Of a DNA stretch of 27,213 nucleotides, positions 8,120-17,593 are shown piece after piece. The stretch spans positions 1 to 27,213 of the IMG/VR virus record IMGVR_UViG_3300029171_000041. One strand, 5' to 3'. This DNA comes from a virus. Its lineage: Duplodnaviria > Caudoviricetes. A model generated the notes under the pieces. The model was not told the origin of the DNA. It did no database searches and saw only the letters and a program-made list of their open reading frames with translations. Position 1 is the stretch's first letter; every line of letters begins with the position of its first letter. The translations under genes were made by a program, and so were the position numbers.

Positions 8120-8365
8120 GTGTTCCAAGCCTTTCAAGAGAATGCGTTTCAGACGAATGCCTTTCAGCAGGGGATTCTGGAAGGCAATGCGTTTCAGTAT
8201 GACGCTTTCCAGAATGGCGCGTTTCAGTTGCCGAGAGATATTCAAGATACAGATAGCCATGACGGAGTTGGCAGAGTTGAGTATTATCTAAGGGATGAAC
8301 GATTCATTATTGAGCTTGCTTCAGCAATAGTAATGAGCGGGTTTTTGAACAACACGAGGCATTGA
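8120..8365 (+). CDS. Small protein with AFQxx pentapeptide repeats
   Basis: GTG start after AAGGT; six AFQ copies with varied synonymous codons; fills the gap between methyltransferase and next gene. Confidence 0.7.
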   Translation: MFQAFQENAFQTNAFQQGILEGNAFQYDAFQNGAFQLPRDIQDTDSHDGVGRVEYYLRDERFIIELASAIVMSGFLNNTRH

Positions 8366-8367
8366 GT

Positions 8368-8862
8368 ATGAGCAGGAATGAACACACCGGCGACGAACAA
8401 CGCACAAAGGGTGTTTTGGGGGGCAAGGCGCGTGCGGAATATGATCGTATCTTCGCCCCAGGGCCAGTAAAGCGTGGCAGATACAAACAATGCCGTGAAA
8501 CGGGCAACTTCATCCCGATAGACGAGTGGAACGAAAAGTACGGTTCTCAACCACGGGAAAAAGGCCCGATGGTTTTTGTCAAAGGCAATTTTGATGCCTT
8601 TGAATCCCCTACTACCGGAAAGGTTATCAGCACATTGCGGCAGCGCGACTACGACATGAAAGTGTCCGGTTGCCGTCAATACGAAGGTTTGGAGCAGGAG
8701 CAGAAGGAAGTTAATCGCTATCTTGCCAATGAGGACAAGAAACTGGAATCTACTGTTAGCGAAACGGTTGACGAAACGATGTACGAAATTAAGCACGGCT
8801 ACCGAAAACCGCAAGAAATTCCAAGCGCTTTGAATTTACCAATAGGGGATACCGATGAGTGA
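8368..8862 (+). CDS. Conserved-looking phage hypothetical protein preceding scaffold
   Basis: GAGG RBS before ATG 8368; FESPTTGKVISTLRQR..DMK..GC pattern recalled from pre-scaffold genes of similar phages. Confidence 0.65.
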   Translation: MSRNEHTGDEQRTKGVLGGKARAEYDRIFAPGPVKRGRYKQCRETGNFIPIDEWNEKYGSQPREKGPMVFVKGNFDAFESPTTGKVISTLRQRDYDMKVSGCRQYEGLEQEQKEVNRYLANEDKKLESTVSETVDETMYEIKHGYRKPQEIPSALNLPIGDTDE

Positions 8863-9901
8863 AGATATTGATTTAGACATGGCGGAAACGCTGGCTGAAA
8901 TACGCAGCCGTGAAGAAGCTGAAGAACCGGCTGAGGAGGTTGTTGATGAAGTTGCCGAGGAAGTGGTTGAAGAAGTCACTGCCGAAGTCACTGAAGAAGT
9001 TGTTGCGGAAGAAGAGGGGGTAGAAGAGCCAGAAGAACCCAAAGAACCTGAAAAGCCGGTTGTTGCCAAGAGCAATGCCCCTGCGTCATGGCGACCTGCG
9101 GCAAAGAGCAAGTGGGAATCTCTTGATCCTGAAGTACAAGCCGAAATACTCAAACGGGAAGAAGATACTGCCCGTGGCGTGACCCCATTGAAGGAAAAAG
9201 CGACATTTGGGGACAGATTGAGCCAAGCTGCGGCACCCTATATGCCCATGATTCAGGCAAAGGGAGCGACTTTGGAGCAGTTTATTACCGGACAGGGTAA
9301 TACCATGTATGGGCTTCAATACGGCACCCAAGAGCAGAAAGTAAGCATTTTGAGGGGTATGGCGCAGATGGCAGGGATAGACCTTGCCCGCATTCCACCC
9401 CCAAGCGAGATTGAGCGTCAGCTATCTCCCTACATGCAGAAAATTACTACTTTGGAGCAGCAAATAGCGGCCCAACGTAATGAAGTGGCGAGTGCAGAGG
9501 AAGCCAAGATTAATCAGGCTTTGACCTCTTTTGAGAACGAATTGGATGCTTCTGGGAACATCAAACATCCCTACTTCCATAACGTCGAAACTGAGATGAT
9601 TGCAATTATCCCTATTATACGCCAAAATAATCCCAGCTTTAGCTATGCTGAAGTTTTACAGCAGGCATACGATAATTCCATCTGGACTAACCCGGATACC
9701 CGCAAGCTGATTCAAGTCCAACAAGACAAGGCGGCTGAGGCGGAACGTAAACGGAAGGCTAAGGAGATCGCTGACAAGGCAAAGAAGGCTAACAAGGTCA
9801 ATTTGCCCAAAAAAGGACAGCAGAACTCCACACAAGCCGAAGACCTCGGAAGTATTGATGAAACTATTGCGGCTACTCTTAAAGAGATTAAAAGCCGTTA
9901 A
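8855..9901 (+). CDS. Capsid scaffolding/assembly protein
   Basis: Very acidic E/V/P N-terminus, APASW..KWESLDPEVQAEILKRE, helical body, basic C-terminal segment; immediately before the major capsid gene. Confidence 0.8.
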   Translation: MSEDIDLDMAETLAEIRSREEAEEPAEEVVDEVAEEVVEEVTAEVTEEVVAEEEGVEEPEEPKEPEKPVVAKSNAPASWRPAAKSKWESLDPEVQAEILKREEDTARGVTPLKEKATFGDRLSQAAAPYMPMIQAKGATLEQFITGQGNTMYGLQYGTQEQKVSILRGMAQMAGIDLARIPPPSEIERQLSPYMQKITTLEQQIAAQRNEVASAEEAKINQALTSFENELDASGNIKHPYFHNVETEMIAIIPIIRQNNPSFSYAEVLQQAYDNSIWTNPDTRKLIQVQQDKAAEAERKRKAKEIADKAKKANKVNLPKKGQQNSTQAEDLGSIDETIAATLKEIKSR

Positions 9902-9925
9902 ATTCATTTATATTGAGGACTCAAA

Positions 9926-10909
9926 ATGGCTTCACCAAACAGTACCTTTACCGAACTGGTAACAACTACCCACCGAAAGCACAAAAAGACTTTCGCGGAT
10001 AATGTTACCAACAACAATGCCCTTCTTGCTCGATTGAACAAGAAAGGTCGCAAGAAACTCGTTTCCGGTGGTCGTACCATCGTGGAAGAACTGGATTACG
10101 CAGAAAATGCCACTTTCCAGCGTTACAGCGGTTACGATACGCTGAACACTACCGCATCTGATGTGTTGTCTGCTGCGGAATATAACTGGAAACAAGCTGC
10201 TGTTCACGTCACGGCATCTGGTCTTGAACTGCGCTCAAACGCAGGGGATGAGCGAATCGCTAATCTGGCAAAATCCAGATTGATGAATGCCCATCGCACC
10301 TTCAAGAACAACATCTCCTCTGACATCTATTCAGACGGCACTGCCTCCAATCAGATCAATGGCCTCACGGCTATTTGCCCTGATACCGCAGGCGGCTCTT
10401 TGGGTGGTATCAATGGAACAACCTTCACCTTCTGGCGGCACGTTGTTCAGAGTGCAGCGGCCCCTATTTCGGGTGGCGCAATCACCGTCTCAGCAACGAC
10501 CTTTGAGGCTCCGTTTATGTCTCAATTGTGGCTGGAACTGGTGCGTGGCTCTGACCGTCCTGACCTGATCGTACTGTCCAACAACTACTACAGCTTCTTT
10601 GAAGCAGGCCAGTCCTCTATCAAGCGGTATACCGCTGATACAGGCGTGATGGGCAATGCCTCTGCGGGTATTGTCAGCCTGAAATACAAGGATGCCGATG
10701 TGGTATTCGACGGCGGCTCTGGTATCACTACCTCTCACGGCTTCTTCCTGAACACGGACTACCTGAATCTGGTTGTCCACAAGGATGCCGACATGGACGA
10801 AGTGCCGGAAATGCGTGCTATCAATCAGGATGCGGTCGTTATCCCGATTATCTGGATGGGCAACCTGACTTGCTCTAACCGTTCACTTCAGGGCGTATTG
10901 GTCGCTTAA
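9926..10909 (+). CDS. Major capsid protein (HK97 fold)
   Basis: GAGG RBS; 327 aa; DNVTNNNALL, SGGRTI, YSGYDTL, AEYNWKQ, YSDGT..QINGL, FLNTDYL, GNLTCSNRSLQG; codon use rich in C-ending codons. Confidence 0.88.
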   Translation: MASPNSTFTELVTTTHRKHKKTFADNVTNNNALLARLNKKGRKKLVSGGRTIVEELDYAENATFQRYSGYDTLNTTASDVLSAAEYNWKQAAVHVTASGLELRSNAGDERIANLAKSRLMNAHRTFKNNISSDIYSDGTASNQINGLTAICPDTAGGSLGGINGTTFTFWRHVVQSAAAPISGGAITVSATTFEAPFMSQLWLELVRGSDRPDLIVLSNNYYSFFEAGQSSIKRYTADTGVMGNASAGIVSLKYKDADVVFDGGSGITTSHGFFLNTDYLNLVVHKDADMDEVPEMRAINQDAVVIPIIWMGNLTCSNRSLQGVLVA

Positions 10910-10920
10910 GGAGCAATATC

Positions 10921-11385
10921 ATGTCAAATTTAGTAGGTGTTATCCTTACTGCTGTTGATACCGACCCGGCGTTCACGTTGGGCACGGTATACACGCACCA
11001 GAATGGAAAGAAATACAAGTACGTTCAGTACGATACCGGCGCTGGCCCGGTGGCGGCGGTAGCAGGCAATGTGTGCTACTACTACGCCCCTGGCGGCGCT
11101 TCAGCGGGTTCTACCACAAAGGTAACCTCTGACCTGTCCGACTCGGCGGGTGTTGGTGCTGGCGTACTTCAAGCAGTGCTTACCGATGATGCGTATGGCT
11201 GGATTCAGATTACTGGAGCTGCCACGTTGACCACTGCTTTGACAGCAGGTGCCGACGGCAATGCGCTTACTCCGGTGGGTGCAACTGATGGTACTTTGGA
11301 TGTGTCTGCGCTGGTTACAGACCATATCTGCGCCATTGCAATTGATGCTTCGGCAAAAATTGTGATGTGTCAATTCCCTGAGTAA
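10921..11385 (+). CDS. Putative capsid decoration/cement protein
   Basis: Strong AAGGAG RBS; follows capsid gene and precedes a terminator; YKYVQ and YGWIQITG motifs; Ala/Gly/Thr-rich beta protein. Confidence 0.7.
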   Translation: MSNLVGVILTAVDTDPAFTLGTVYTHQNGKKYKYVQYDTGAGPVAAVAGNVCYYYAPGGASAGSTTKVTSDLSDSAGVGAGVLQAVLTDDAYGWIQITGAATLTTALTAGADGNALTPVGATDGTLDVSALVTDHICAIAIDASAKIVMCQFPE

Positions 11386-11401
11386 TTGGGGAACTCTGAA
11401 C

Positions 11402-11434
11402 TGGTGCCGATCTAAATGGTCGGCATCATTTTAT
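11402..11434 (+). terminator. Rho-independent terminator after capsid/decoration genes
   Basis: TGGTGCCGATC-TAAAT-GGTCGGCATCA stem (two G-U pairs) followed by TTTTAT. Confidence 0.7.
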
Positions 11435-11454
11435 CCACAATACAGGAGCAATCC

Positions 11455-12264
11455 ATGAATTTACCTTTTCAGGTAGAGCAGGAAGTAGACGAGAAATTCA
11501 AGCCACCTTTTTTGCGTTTCGAGGAAGGGCACATTAAAGACAATACTGCGTCTTTAGCGGCTGGCAGGGCGGTATTCAAGCCACAGACAGTGGTTTACAT
11601 TCGCGCTCCGGGTGATGAAAAGTGCGAAGTTCCCTACGTTGTCGAAAAGACTGTCTGCAATGGATTGACTGGAAAGGAAGAAAAGGTTTATCCGTGGGAT
11701 ACCCACCTGAAAGAGAAGCGGCACCACGGGTTTATCTCCCAACAGTATTACGATTTTTGCCAGCGGTCGCTGAAGCATTGGCGCGAAACCAATGAAACCT
11801 TGGTAGAAGGCACTCCAATCAATGCGTGGGCCATGTTGTCGAAGGCGGAAGCTGAAAATCTCCGCTCGTTGGGCATTCTCTCTGTTGAGATGTGTTCCCA
11901 GATGACTGAGGAAGCCATGTCTGCTTATGGCATGGGTGCCAGAAATCTCAAGGAAAAAGCCCAGAATTGGCTGAATGCGAATGCTGAACCGGGCAAAGCG
12001 GCTGAACAGATTTCGATTCTTGAATCCAATCTGAAATCGGTGTCACAGCGTGCTGAAGAAGTCGTTACGATGAACAGCCTGCTCCAGAACAAGATAGCGA
12101 TGCTGGAGGCGATGGTTAAGGGTACGCCACTGAATGCCGACGCTTCAATCGTTGACTACGAGATGTGGCTGGACGAGGACTTGCTGGCTGAAGTCAAGAA
12201 AAAGTACCACATGGCTCACAAGGGCTGGCCTCGTGCCACGTTGATTGCCAAGCTAAAGGAATAA
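11455..12264 (+). CDS. Hypothetical phage protein (HhH-like centre, coiled coil, short C-terminal helical motif)
   Basis: CAGGAG RBS supports ATG 11455 (track start 11416 lies inside the terminator); GTPINAWAMLSKAEAENLRSLGILSVE..GMG segment. Confidence 0.7.
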   Translation: MNLPFQVEQEVDEKFKPPFLRFEEGHIKDNTASLAAGRAVFKPQTVVYIRAPGDEKCEVPYVVEKTVCNGLTGKEEKVYPWDTHLKEKRHHGFISQQYYDFCQRSLKHWRETNETLVEGTPINAWAMLSKAEAENLRSLGILSVEMCSQMTEEAMSAYGMGARNLKEKAQNWLNANAEPGKAAEQISILESNLKSVSQRAEEVVTMNSLLQNKIAMLEAMVKGTPLNADASIVDYEMWLDEDLLAEVKKKYHMAHKGWPRATLIAKLKE

Positions 12265-12265
12265 C

Positions 12266-12985
12266 ATGTCTCTTTTAACGATGATTCAGGGGGTAACAAA
12301 CACCTTTGGCTTGCCAACCCCATCATCGGTTATAGGCAATACAGACGCCCAGATAAAGCAGCTTTTGGAGATAGCCAATCAGGAAGGGTATGACTTGGCT
12401 TCTCGCTTTCCATGGTCGAAACTGGTCAGACAGAACACTTTTACCATCGCGGCGGCTCAAGATCAGGGGTTGCTGAATTCAACCATCGTCACTACTGGCG
12501 ATTTCGATTATATCATCCCCGATACCTTCTGGAACCGCACGACTACCCTTCCCATTAAGGGGCCATTGGGTTTCGATGAATGGCAATCGCTCATGGCGGT
12601 TGGTGTCACTGGCCCATTTCCTATGTACCTTATCCGCTCTGGAAGGCTGTATTTAACGCCTACCCCAGCGGTAGGGACGCAGACAGGGGCTTTCGAGTAC
12701 AAATCAACCCATTGGTGTGAATCAACCGGCCTTACCGGGCAATCTGCTTGGGCTGCTGACACGGACACTGGCAGGCTCGATGAGCGGCTTATGCGCCTTG
12801 GTATTGCTTGGCGATGGCAGAAAACGAAAGGGCTGGACTACGGCGAAGATTTCCAGACTTATGAAAAGCGAGTATTGGATGCGTATGCCAGAGACGGGGG
12901 CAGAAAGACACTTAATTCCGGCGGCTCCAGATACGGGGCAAGGCCGGGTATTGGTATTCCCTATGGTTCTTGGACAGTGAGTTGA
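12266..12985 (+). CDS. Head-tail adaptor (tail tubular protein A-like)
   Basis: MSLLTMIQ..GLPTP start, helical termini with a beta insert, LDERLMRLGIAWRW..KGLDY; position before the nozzle gene. Confidence 0.75.
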   Translation: MSLLTMIQGVTNTFGLPTPSSVIGNTDAQIKQLLEIANQEGYDLASRFPWSKLVRQNTFTIAAAQDQGLLNSTIVTTGDFDYIIPDTFWNRTTTLPIKGPLGFDEWQSLMAVGVTGPFPMYLIRSGRLYLTPTPAVGTQTGAFEYKSTHWCESTGLTGQSAWAADTDTGRLDERLMRLGIAWRWQKTKGLDYGEDFQTYEKRVLDAYARDGGRKTLNSGGSRYGARPGIGIPYGSWTVS

Positions 12986-14550
12986 GAAAAGCACTTTATC
13001 ATAAAGCGCAGCGTGGCAGACAAGTATCACAGTCCTATTCATTACCTGCTCCTGTGGGTGGATGGAATGCCCGTGATTCTGCTGCCAACATGCCTGAACT
13101 GGATGCCACAATTCTTATCAACTGGTTTCCAGAAACTACCGATATTCGCGTCAGGAAAGGCTATTCGACCCATGTAACCGGCATTACCGGACAGGTCGAA
13201 AGCCTGATGGTTTATAACTCTCCTGCTGGCACTCAGACCCTTTTTGCGGCTGCTGTAGACTCGTTCTACAACGTAACTGCTGCTGGCGCGGTGGGCGCGG
13301 CGGTCGTTGGAAGCCTTTCCAATGGTCGCTGGCAATCGGTCAACTTTACCAATTCTGCTGGAACCTCTTACCTTTGCTGCTTTAACGGCGTTGATTCTCC
13401 TCGATATTGGAATGGGTCAGCGTGGACTACCATTACTGGTGTTTCGACTCCGGCCATTACCGGCATTACCACCACCACCATCATCAATGCTGAAGTTCAT
13501 AAGCGCAGGATGTGGCTGGTTGTTACAGGTTCCCTGAAGGCGTATTACCTGCCCGTGGATGCGGTTGGGGGTGCGGTCAAGTACATTGATCTGGGCGGCA
13601 TTGCGAAGCGTGGCGGGTTTATTCAGGCGATTGGCACATGGACGCTGGATGCCGGTGAAGGCGCGGATGACTATTGGGTGGCCTATACCTCTGAAGGTCA
13701 GGTAGTTGTTTACAAGGGCACTGACCCGTCAAGCAGTTCCACGTGGAAATTGCACGGTGTTTGGGACATTGGCGAGCCTATAGGCCGTCGGTGTTTGATG
13801 AAGTATGACGGCGACTTGTTGTTATTGACGGTTCATGGGGCTATCCCTTTTGCCAAGATGGTGCAGTCGTCAACTGACAGCCCGAACATTGCGATTACTG
13901 AAAAAATCACTCAAGCCATGACGGTTGCGTCCCGGGAATACAGGGCTAACTTCGGCTGGCAGTTGATTGAGTATCCGCAAGGCGACATGGTGATGTTGAA
14001 CGTCCCCATTATCGAAGGTTCCGAGCAAGAACAATACGCGATGAATACGATTACCGGCGCGTGGGGTCGTTTTCAGGGCATTTCAGCGAACTGTTGGGCG
14101 ATACTGAACAAAGAGCCTTACTTTGGTTCCAGCACCTATGTCGGGAAGTTTTGGGGGTCTTTTTCAGACAATGGCAGCATTATTGAAACTGATTTAAAGC
14201 AAGCCGAGAACCATTTCAAGTCAATGGGGCGGCTAAAGTCCTTCAAGGCAGTGCGCCCTATTATTCGATCTGATGGCACTCCATCGGTATCTGTTGGTAT
14301 CAACATCAACTATCAGGACAGTCCGGTATCGTCTACCGCAAGTTTTTCCACGCCCTCTTTCGGGGTGTGGGATGTCTCTATGTGGGATGCGGCTAGCTGG
14401 GCGGTAGGCTTGTTGTTGCTGGACGATTGGCAGACGATTGGCGGTGTAGGCTCCTCGGCGGCGTTACGCATGGTAACCGAATCATCTGGGATTGAAGTCC
14501 GGTTTTCGGCTTCTGACTATCTCTATGAGCATGGCGGGGTCATTGGCTAA
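12982..14550 (+). CDS. Tail nozzle (tubular protein B / P22 gp10-like, beta-propeller)
   Basis: TTG 12982 in TTGA overlap; LPAPVGGWNARD, HKRRMWLV, YKGTDPS, GRRC..KYDGDLLLLT; Trp-rich beta protein of about 520 aa. Confidence 0.78.
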   Translation: MRKALYHKAQRGRQVSQSYSLPAPVGGWNARDSAANMPELDATILINWFPETTDIRVRKGYSTHVTGITGQVESLMVYNSPAGTQTLFAAAVDSFYNVTAAGAVGAAVVGSLSNGRWQSVNFTNSAGTSYLCCFNGVDSPRYWNGSAWTTITGVSTPAITGITTTTIINAEVHKRRMWLVVTGSLKAYYLPVDAVGGAVKYIDLGGIAKRGGFIQAIGTWTLDAGEGADDYWVAYTSEGQVVVYKGTDPSSSSTWKLHGVWDIGEPIGRRCLMKYDGDLLLLTVHGAIPFAKMVQSSTDSPNIAITEKITQAMTVASREYRANFGWQLIEYPQGDMVMLNVPIIEGSEQEQYAMNTITGAWGRFQGISANCWAILNKEPYFGSSTYVGKFWGSFSDNGSIIETDLKQAENHFKSMGRLKSFKAVRPIIRSDGTPSVSVGININYQDSPVSSTASFSTPSFGVWDVSMWDAASWAVGLLLLDDWQTIGGVGSSAALRMVTESSGIEVRFSASDYLYEHGGVIG

Positions 14551-16304
14551 TGTCTTACCTGAGAGAGCCAAGCACGACCACAAAGGTTCCGGCTAACGGA
14601 AACTGGGATGATTTATGGAATCCCTATTTCGAGCTTGATCATGATTTTGGCAATGGAGATCCTTGGATAACAAATCCGAATGTTCTCTATGATGTGAGTA
14701 ACGGCTTTGATCCGAATGTCTTGCAGGACATTTACGACGACATAGATGGCAGCGATCCGTATGAGGTTGTGGCTTCCGATGGCAAGAACGACACGACAAG
14801 CCCGTGGGATACCCCATTTCCAGACGATGCCCCTGTTATTACTGTTGGAACGGGTGGCTCAGTCACGGTTAATGCGCCACTTGGCCCGATTACTGAAGTC
14901 AAGCCAGCCAATAATACAAGTGGTACAATACCGGCTGTTGGCCCAGTTTGGCCGTGGCCTAGCGGGGGAAATGGTGGCGAAACTGGTAATACATCGAGCG
15001 CACCAGTACCGCCTGGAAGTACGGCTACAACTCAAAGTACGCCAGATACGGAAAATGGCAATGGTGCTGTGCCGCCTGTTATTCCGGTTCCAGGAACAGA
15101 CACGACAAACAACACTGGAGCGGTCGGCCCTACTACGGGTAGTATTCCAACAAACCCTAGTGGTGGAACGCCAACCAATCCAGACAATACCACCCCTAGT
15201 GGTGGCGGGGCAGTAATACCAACTCCTTCAGGAGGTTCTAACGTGCCAGACATACCAGATTGGGCAAAAATAGGCACTGCTGCGGCTACCGCAATTGGTG
15301 GGGCGGTCAACGTCAATAACCAATTCGACTTCCTGCAACAGTCGGCTGACGACCAGATTAAGGCTAACCGCAATGCGGCAGTCGATTCTGGCATTATGCA
15401 AAATCCCGACTTCTTCAATCCCTATGGCAGTCAGACCAATAGGGGTGGGTATATTGACCCCGCCACGGGTCAGATCGTTCGCCCTACTGTCACGCAGTCA
15501 TTAACACCTCAGCAACAGGCGCTATTTGACCGTGAACAGCAGATCAAGCAAGGGCTTGGCGATGTTACCCAGACTCAAGTAGGGCGGGTTGGCGATCAGT
15601 TCAATACGCCATTTTCAACAGCAGGCATGATTGACCGATTCCGTCCCAATGGGGATGGGCTATTCGACTATCAGGGCATTGATCTTGGTAACTTGTCGGC
15701 ACGAAACACGCAGCCGGGTGTTACTGGTCGCAACGCTATTACCGATGCTTTGATAGCCAGAGAGCAGCCACGATTCCAGCGTGAAGAAGATCGCATGAAG
15801 AACGACCTTCTGGTGCATGGATTCAATCCCGGTACTGAAGGGTATTCTACTCAGATAGATGAATTTGGTCGCGCCAAGAACGACTTTAACCTTGCTGCAC
15901 AGGCAGCAGGGGCGCAGGAGCAATCGAGGTTGTTTGGGCTTGAGTCGAATTTGCGAGCGCAGCAATTGAACGAGCAGGAAGCCTTGAGACAAGGCAATGC
16001 GGCTAATCGTGGTCAGCAAGTCGATGAGCGATTGGATTTTGGTGCCTTCACCTCCGATGAAAGGGCGCGGGAGTTTCAGGAAGCATTGGCATTGCGCAAC
16101 ATGCCACTGAATGAACTCAATGCTTTGCGCACTGGCAACCAAGCCACATTGCCGCAGTTTCAGCAGTATCAAGGTTCTGGAGTGAAGCCCACTGACTATA
16201 TCAGCACGGGTATTGCTCAATCCGGCGTAGCTGGTGATGTTGCTAACCAGTTTTTTGACCTCAGTAAAGGCGCTTTGAACGCTTGGGGATGGGGGAAAGC
16301 ATAA
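14550..16304 (+). CDS. Putative ejection/internal virion protein with acidic and Pro/Thr/Gly-rich N-terminal extension
   Basis: TAATG coupling; C-terminal part with NPYGS, TQSLTPQQQALF, RNMPLNELNAL, Q/N/A-rich helices; no Cys; position after nozzle. Confidence 0.6.
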   Translation: MSYLREPSTTTKVPANGNWDDLWNPYFELDHDFGNGDPWITNPNVLYDVSNGFDPNVLQDIYDDIDGSDPYEVVASDGKNDTTSPWDTPFPDDAPVITVGTGGSVTVNAPLGPITEVKPANNTSGTIPAVGPVWPWPSGGNGGETGNTSSAPVPPGSTATTQSTPDTENGNGAVPPVIPVPGTDTTNNTGAVGPTTGSIPTNPSGGTPTNPDNTTPSGGGAVIPTPSGGSNVPDIPDWAKIGTAAATAIGGAVNVNNQFDFLQQSADDQIKANRNAAVDSGIMQNPDFFNPYGSQTNRGGYIDPATGQIVRPTVTQSLTPQQQALFDREQQIKQGLGDVTQTQVGRVGDQFNTPFSTAGMIDRFRPNGDGLFDYQGIDLGNLSARNTQPGVTGRNAITDALIAREQPRFQREEDRMKNDLLVHGFNPGTEGYSTQIDEFGRAKNDFNLAAQAAGAQEQSRLFGLESNLRAQQLNEQEALRQGNAANRGQQVDERLDFGAFTSDERAREFQEALALRNMPLNELNALRTGNQATLPQFQQYQGSGVKPTDYISTGIAQSGVAGDVANQFFDLSKGALNAWGWGKA

Positions 16305-17593
16305 TGCCAAACACAGGATATACACCAATCTCTGAACTGCAAAGACGGCAGGCGCTTGTTGAGTCGCTTGGCAGACGTGCTGATAAACCCGGTTTCGGTG
16401 GTCTTTTTGATGCCTTTCGAGGCGGCAGAGAGGAAAGGGCATTGGCTGATGCGATGGGCAAAAACGCATCCATTGAAAACTCCGAAATGCAAATGCTGAT
16501 GAAAGAGGCTCTTGGACAGCCATCAAACTTGGTCAACCGCACGGGACAGCCGTACAACTACCAATCGCCGGGAGCGCAGGACTTTTCATTGAAGGAAGCG
16601 TTGAGAAAGACAAACCAAAACAGTGACAGAGGCTATCAGGCACAACTTTTACAAGAAGAGCAATCCCGTGAAGCGCAACTATTGGCCGCAGAACAAGCCC
16701 GTGAAGACGCACAGAGGCGACAACAACAGACATGGGAAATGGAGCAGATTAAAGCAAGAAATGCCGGATACGGAACATCTGGAGGTGGTGCGTTTTCGAG
16801 CTATGAAACCATTCTTGATGCAGACGGCAACCCAAGAGGGAGAATTACTCGGTACAGAGATGGCAGATCGGAGCCAACTGACTTCAATGGACAGCCTATA
16901 GAATTGCAGCCAGATTGGACGGTCATCAATTCAACTACGGCGAGAACAACTCCCAGCGTCATAGAAGATGTCGGAGCAGCATCAACCGCTGTTGATGTGG
17001 CGAATACAAATGCTTTGGCAGGCCCAGAAGCGGCGGCGGCGGGTGCCATAAAAAGAAGTGAAGAGGATGTTATAAATGATTTTAAAGGACGAGAAGCGAA
17101 AGCAAAAATTGGACTGATGGAAACGAATAAAAATACCACAATTGCAGCCATAGACCGACTTCTTGGGCATGAAGGACTTGGCTTGGCGACAGGGAAAAGT
17201 GGCTATTTCCGTGGTTATTTACCAGGCGCTCCAAAAGATGCGAAAATTCTCATTGATCAGCTTGGAAATAGAATGTTCGTTGATGCCTTGCAGGCCATGA
17301 GAGAGGCAAGCAAAACAGGCGGAGCTGTGGGTAATGTGTCAGATAGGGAAGGGGATAGGCTGGAGAATGTCATTGCAGCGGTCACCAATACTAGGCTGAC
17401 AGATGAAGAAATGGTTTATCAACTTAATCTGGCAAAACAGATTTTAGAGACTTATCAAAGAGACGTTCAGGCCGCATGGGAAACTCAATTCGGAGCGAAT
17501 GCTGGATCTGCACCAGCTATCGGTGCCGAGCAGCCATTGACGCCAGAAGAACAAGCCGAGCTAGACGAGTTGGAGCAATTGTATGGCAGATAG
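16304..17593 (+). CDS. Putative ejection/internal virion protein
   Basis: TAATG start at 16304; Ala/Gln-rich helical; ASKTGGAVGNVSDREG motif recalled from P22 gp20-like DNA transfer proteins. Confidence 0.6.
   Translation: MPNTGYTPISELQRRQALVESLGRRADKPGFGGLFDAFRGGREERALADAMGKNASIENSEMQMLMKEALGQPSNLVNRTGQPYNYQSPGAQDFSLKEALRKTNQNSDRGYQAQLLQEEQSREAQLLAAEQAREDAQRRQQQTWEMEQIKARNAGYGTSGGGAFSSYETILDADGNPRGRITRYRDGRSEPTDFNGQPIELQPDWTVINSTTARTTPSVIEDVGAASTAVDVANTNALAGPEAAAAGAIKRSEEDVINDFKGREAKAKIGLMETNKNTTIAAIDRLLGHEGLGLATGKSGYFRGYLPGAPKDAKILIDQLGNRMFVDALQAMREASKTGGAVGNVSDREGDRLENVIAAVTNTRLTDEEMVYQLNLAKQILETYQRDVQAAWETQFGANAGSAPAIGAEQPLTPEEQAELDELEQLYGR

Noticed and set aside
8126-8230. CRISPR-like or DNA tandem repeat (AATGCGTTTCAG-like units)
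   Set aside because: 15-nt period with synonymous variation and no spacers; it is a coding repeat.
15660-16526. 288-aa minus-strand ORF, and plus-strand ORFs 23985..24467 and 25963..26613
   Set aside because: Antisense to well-supported coupled genes; no motifs or convincing RBS.
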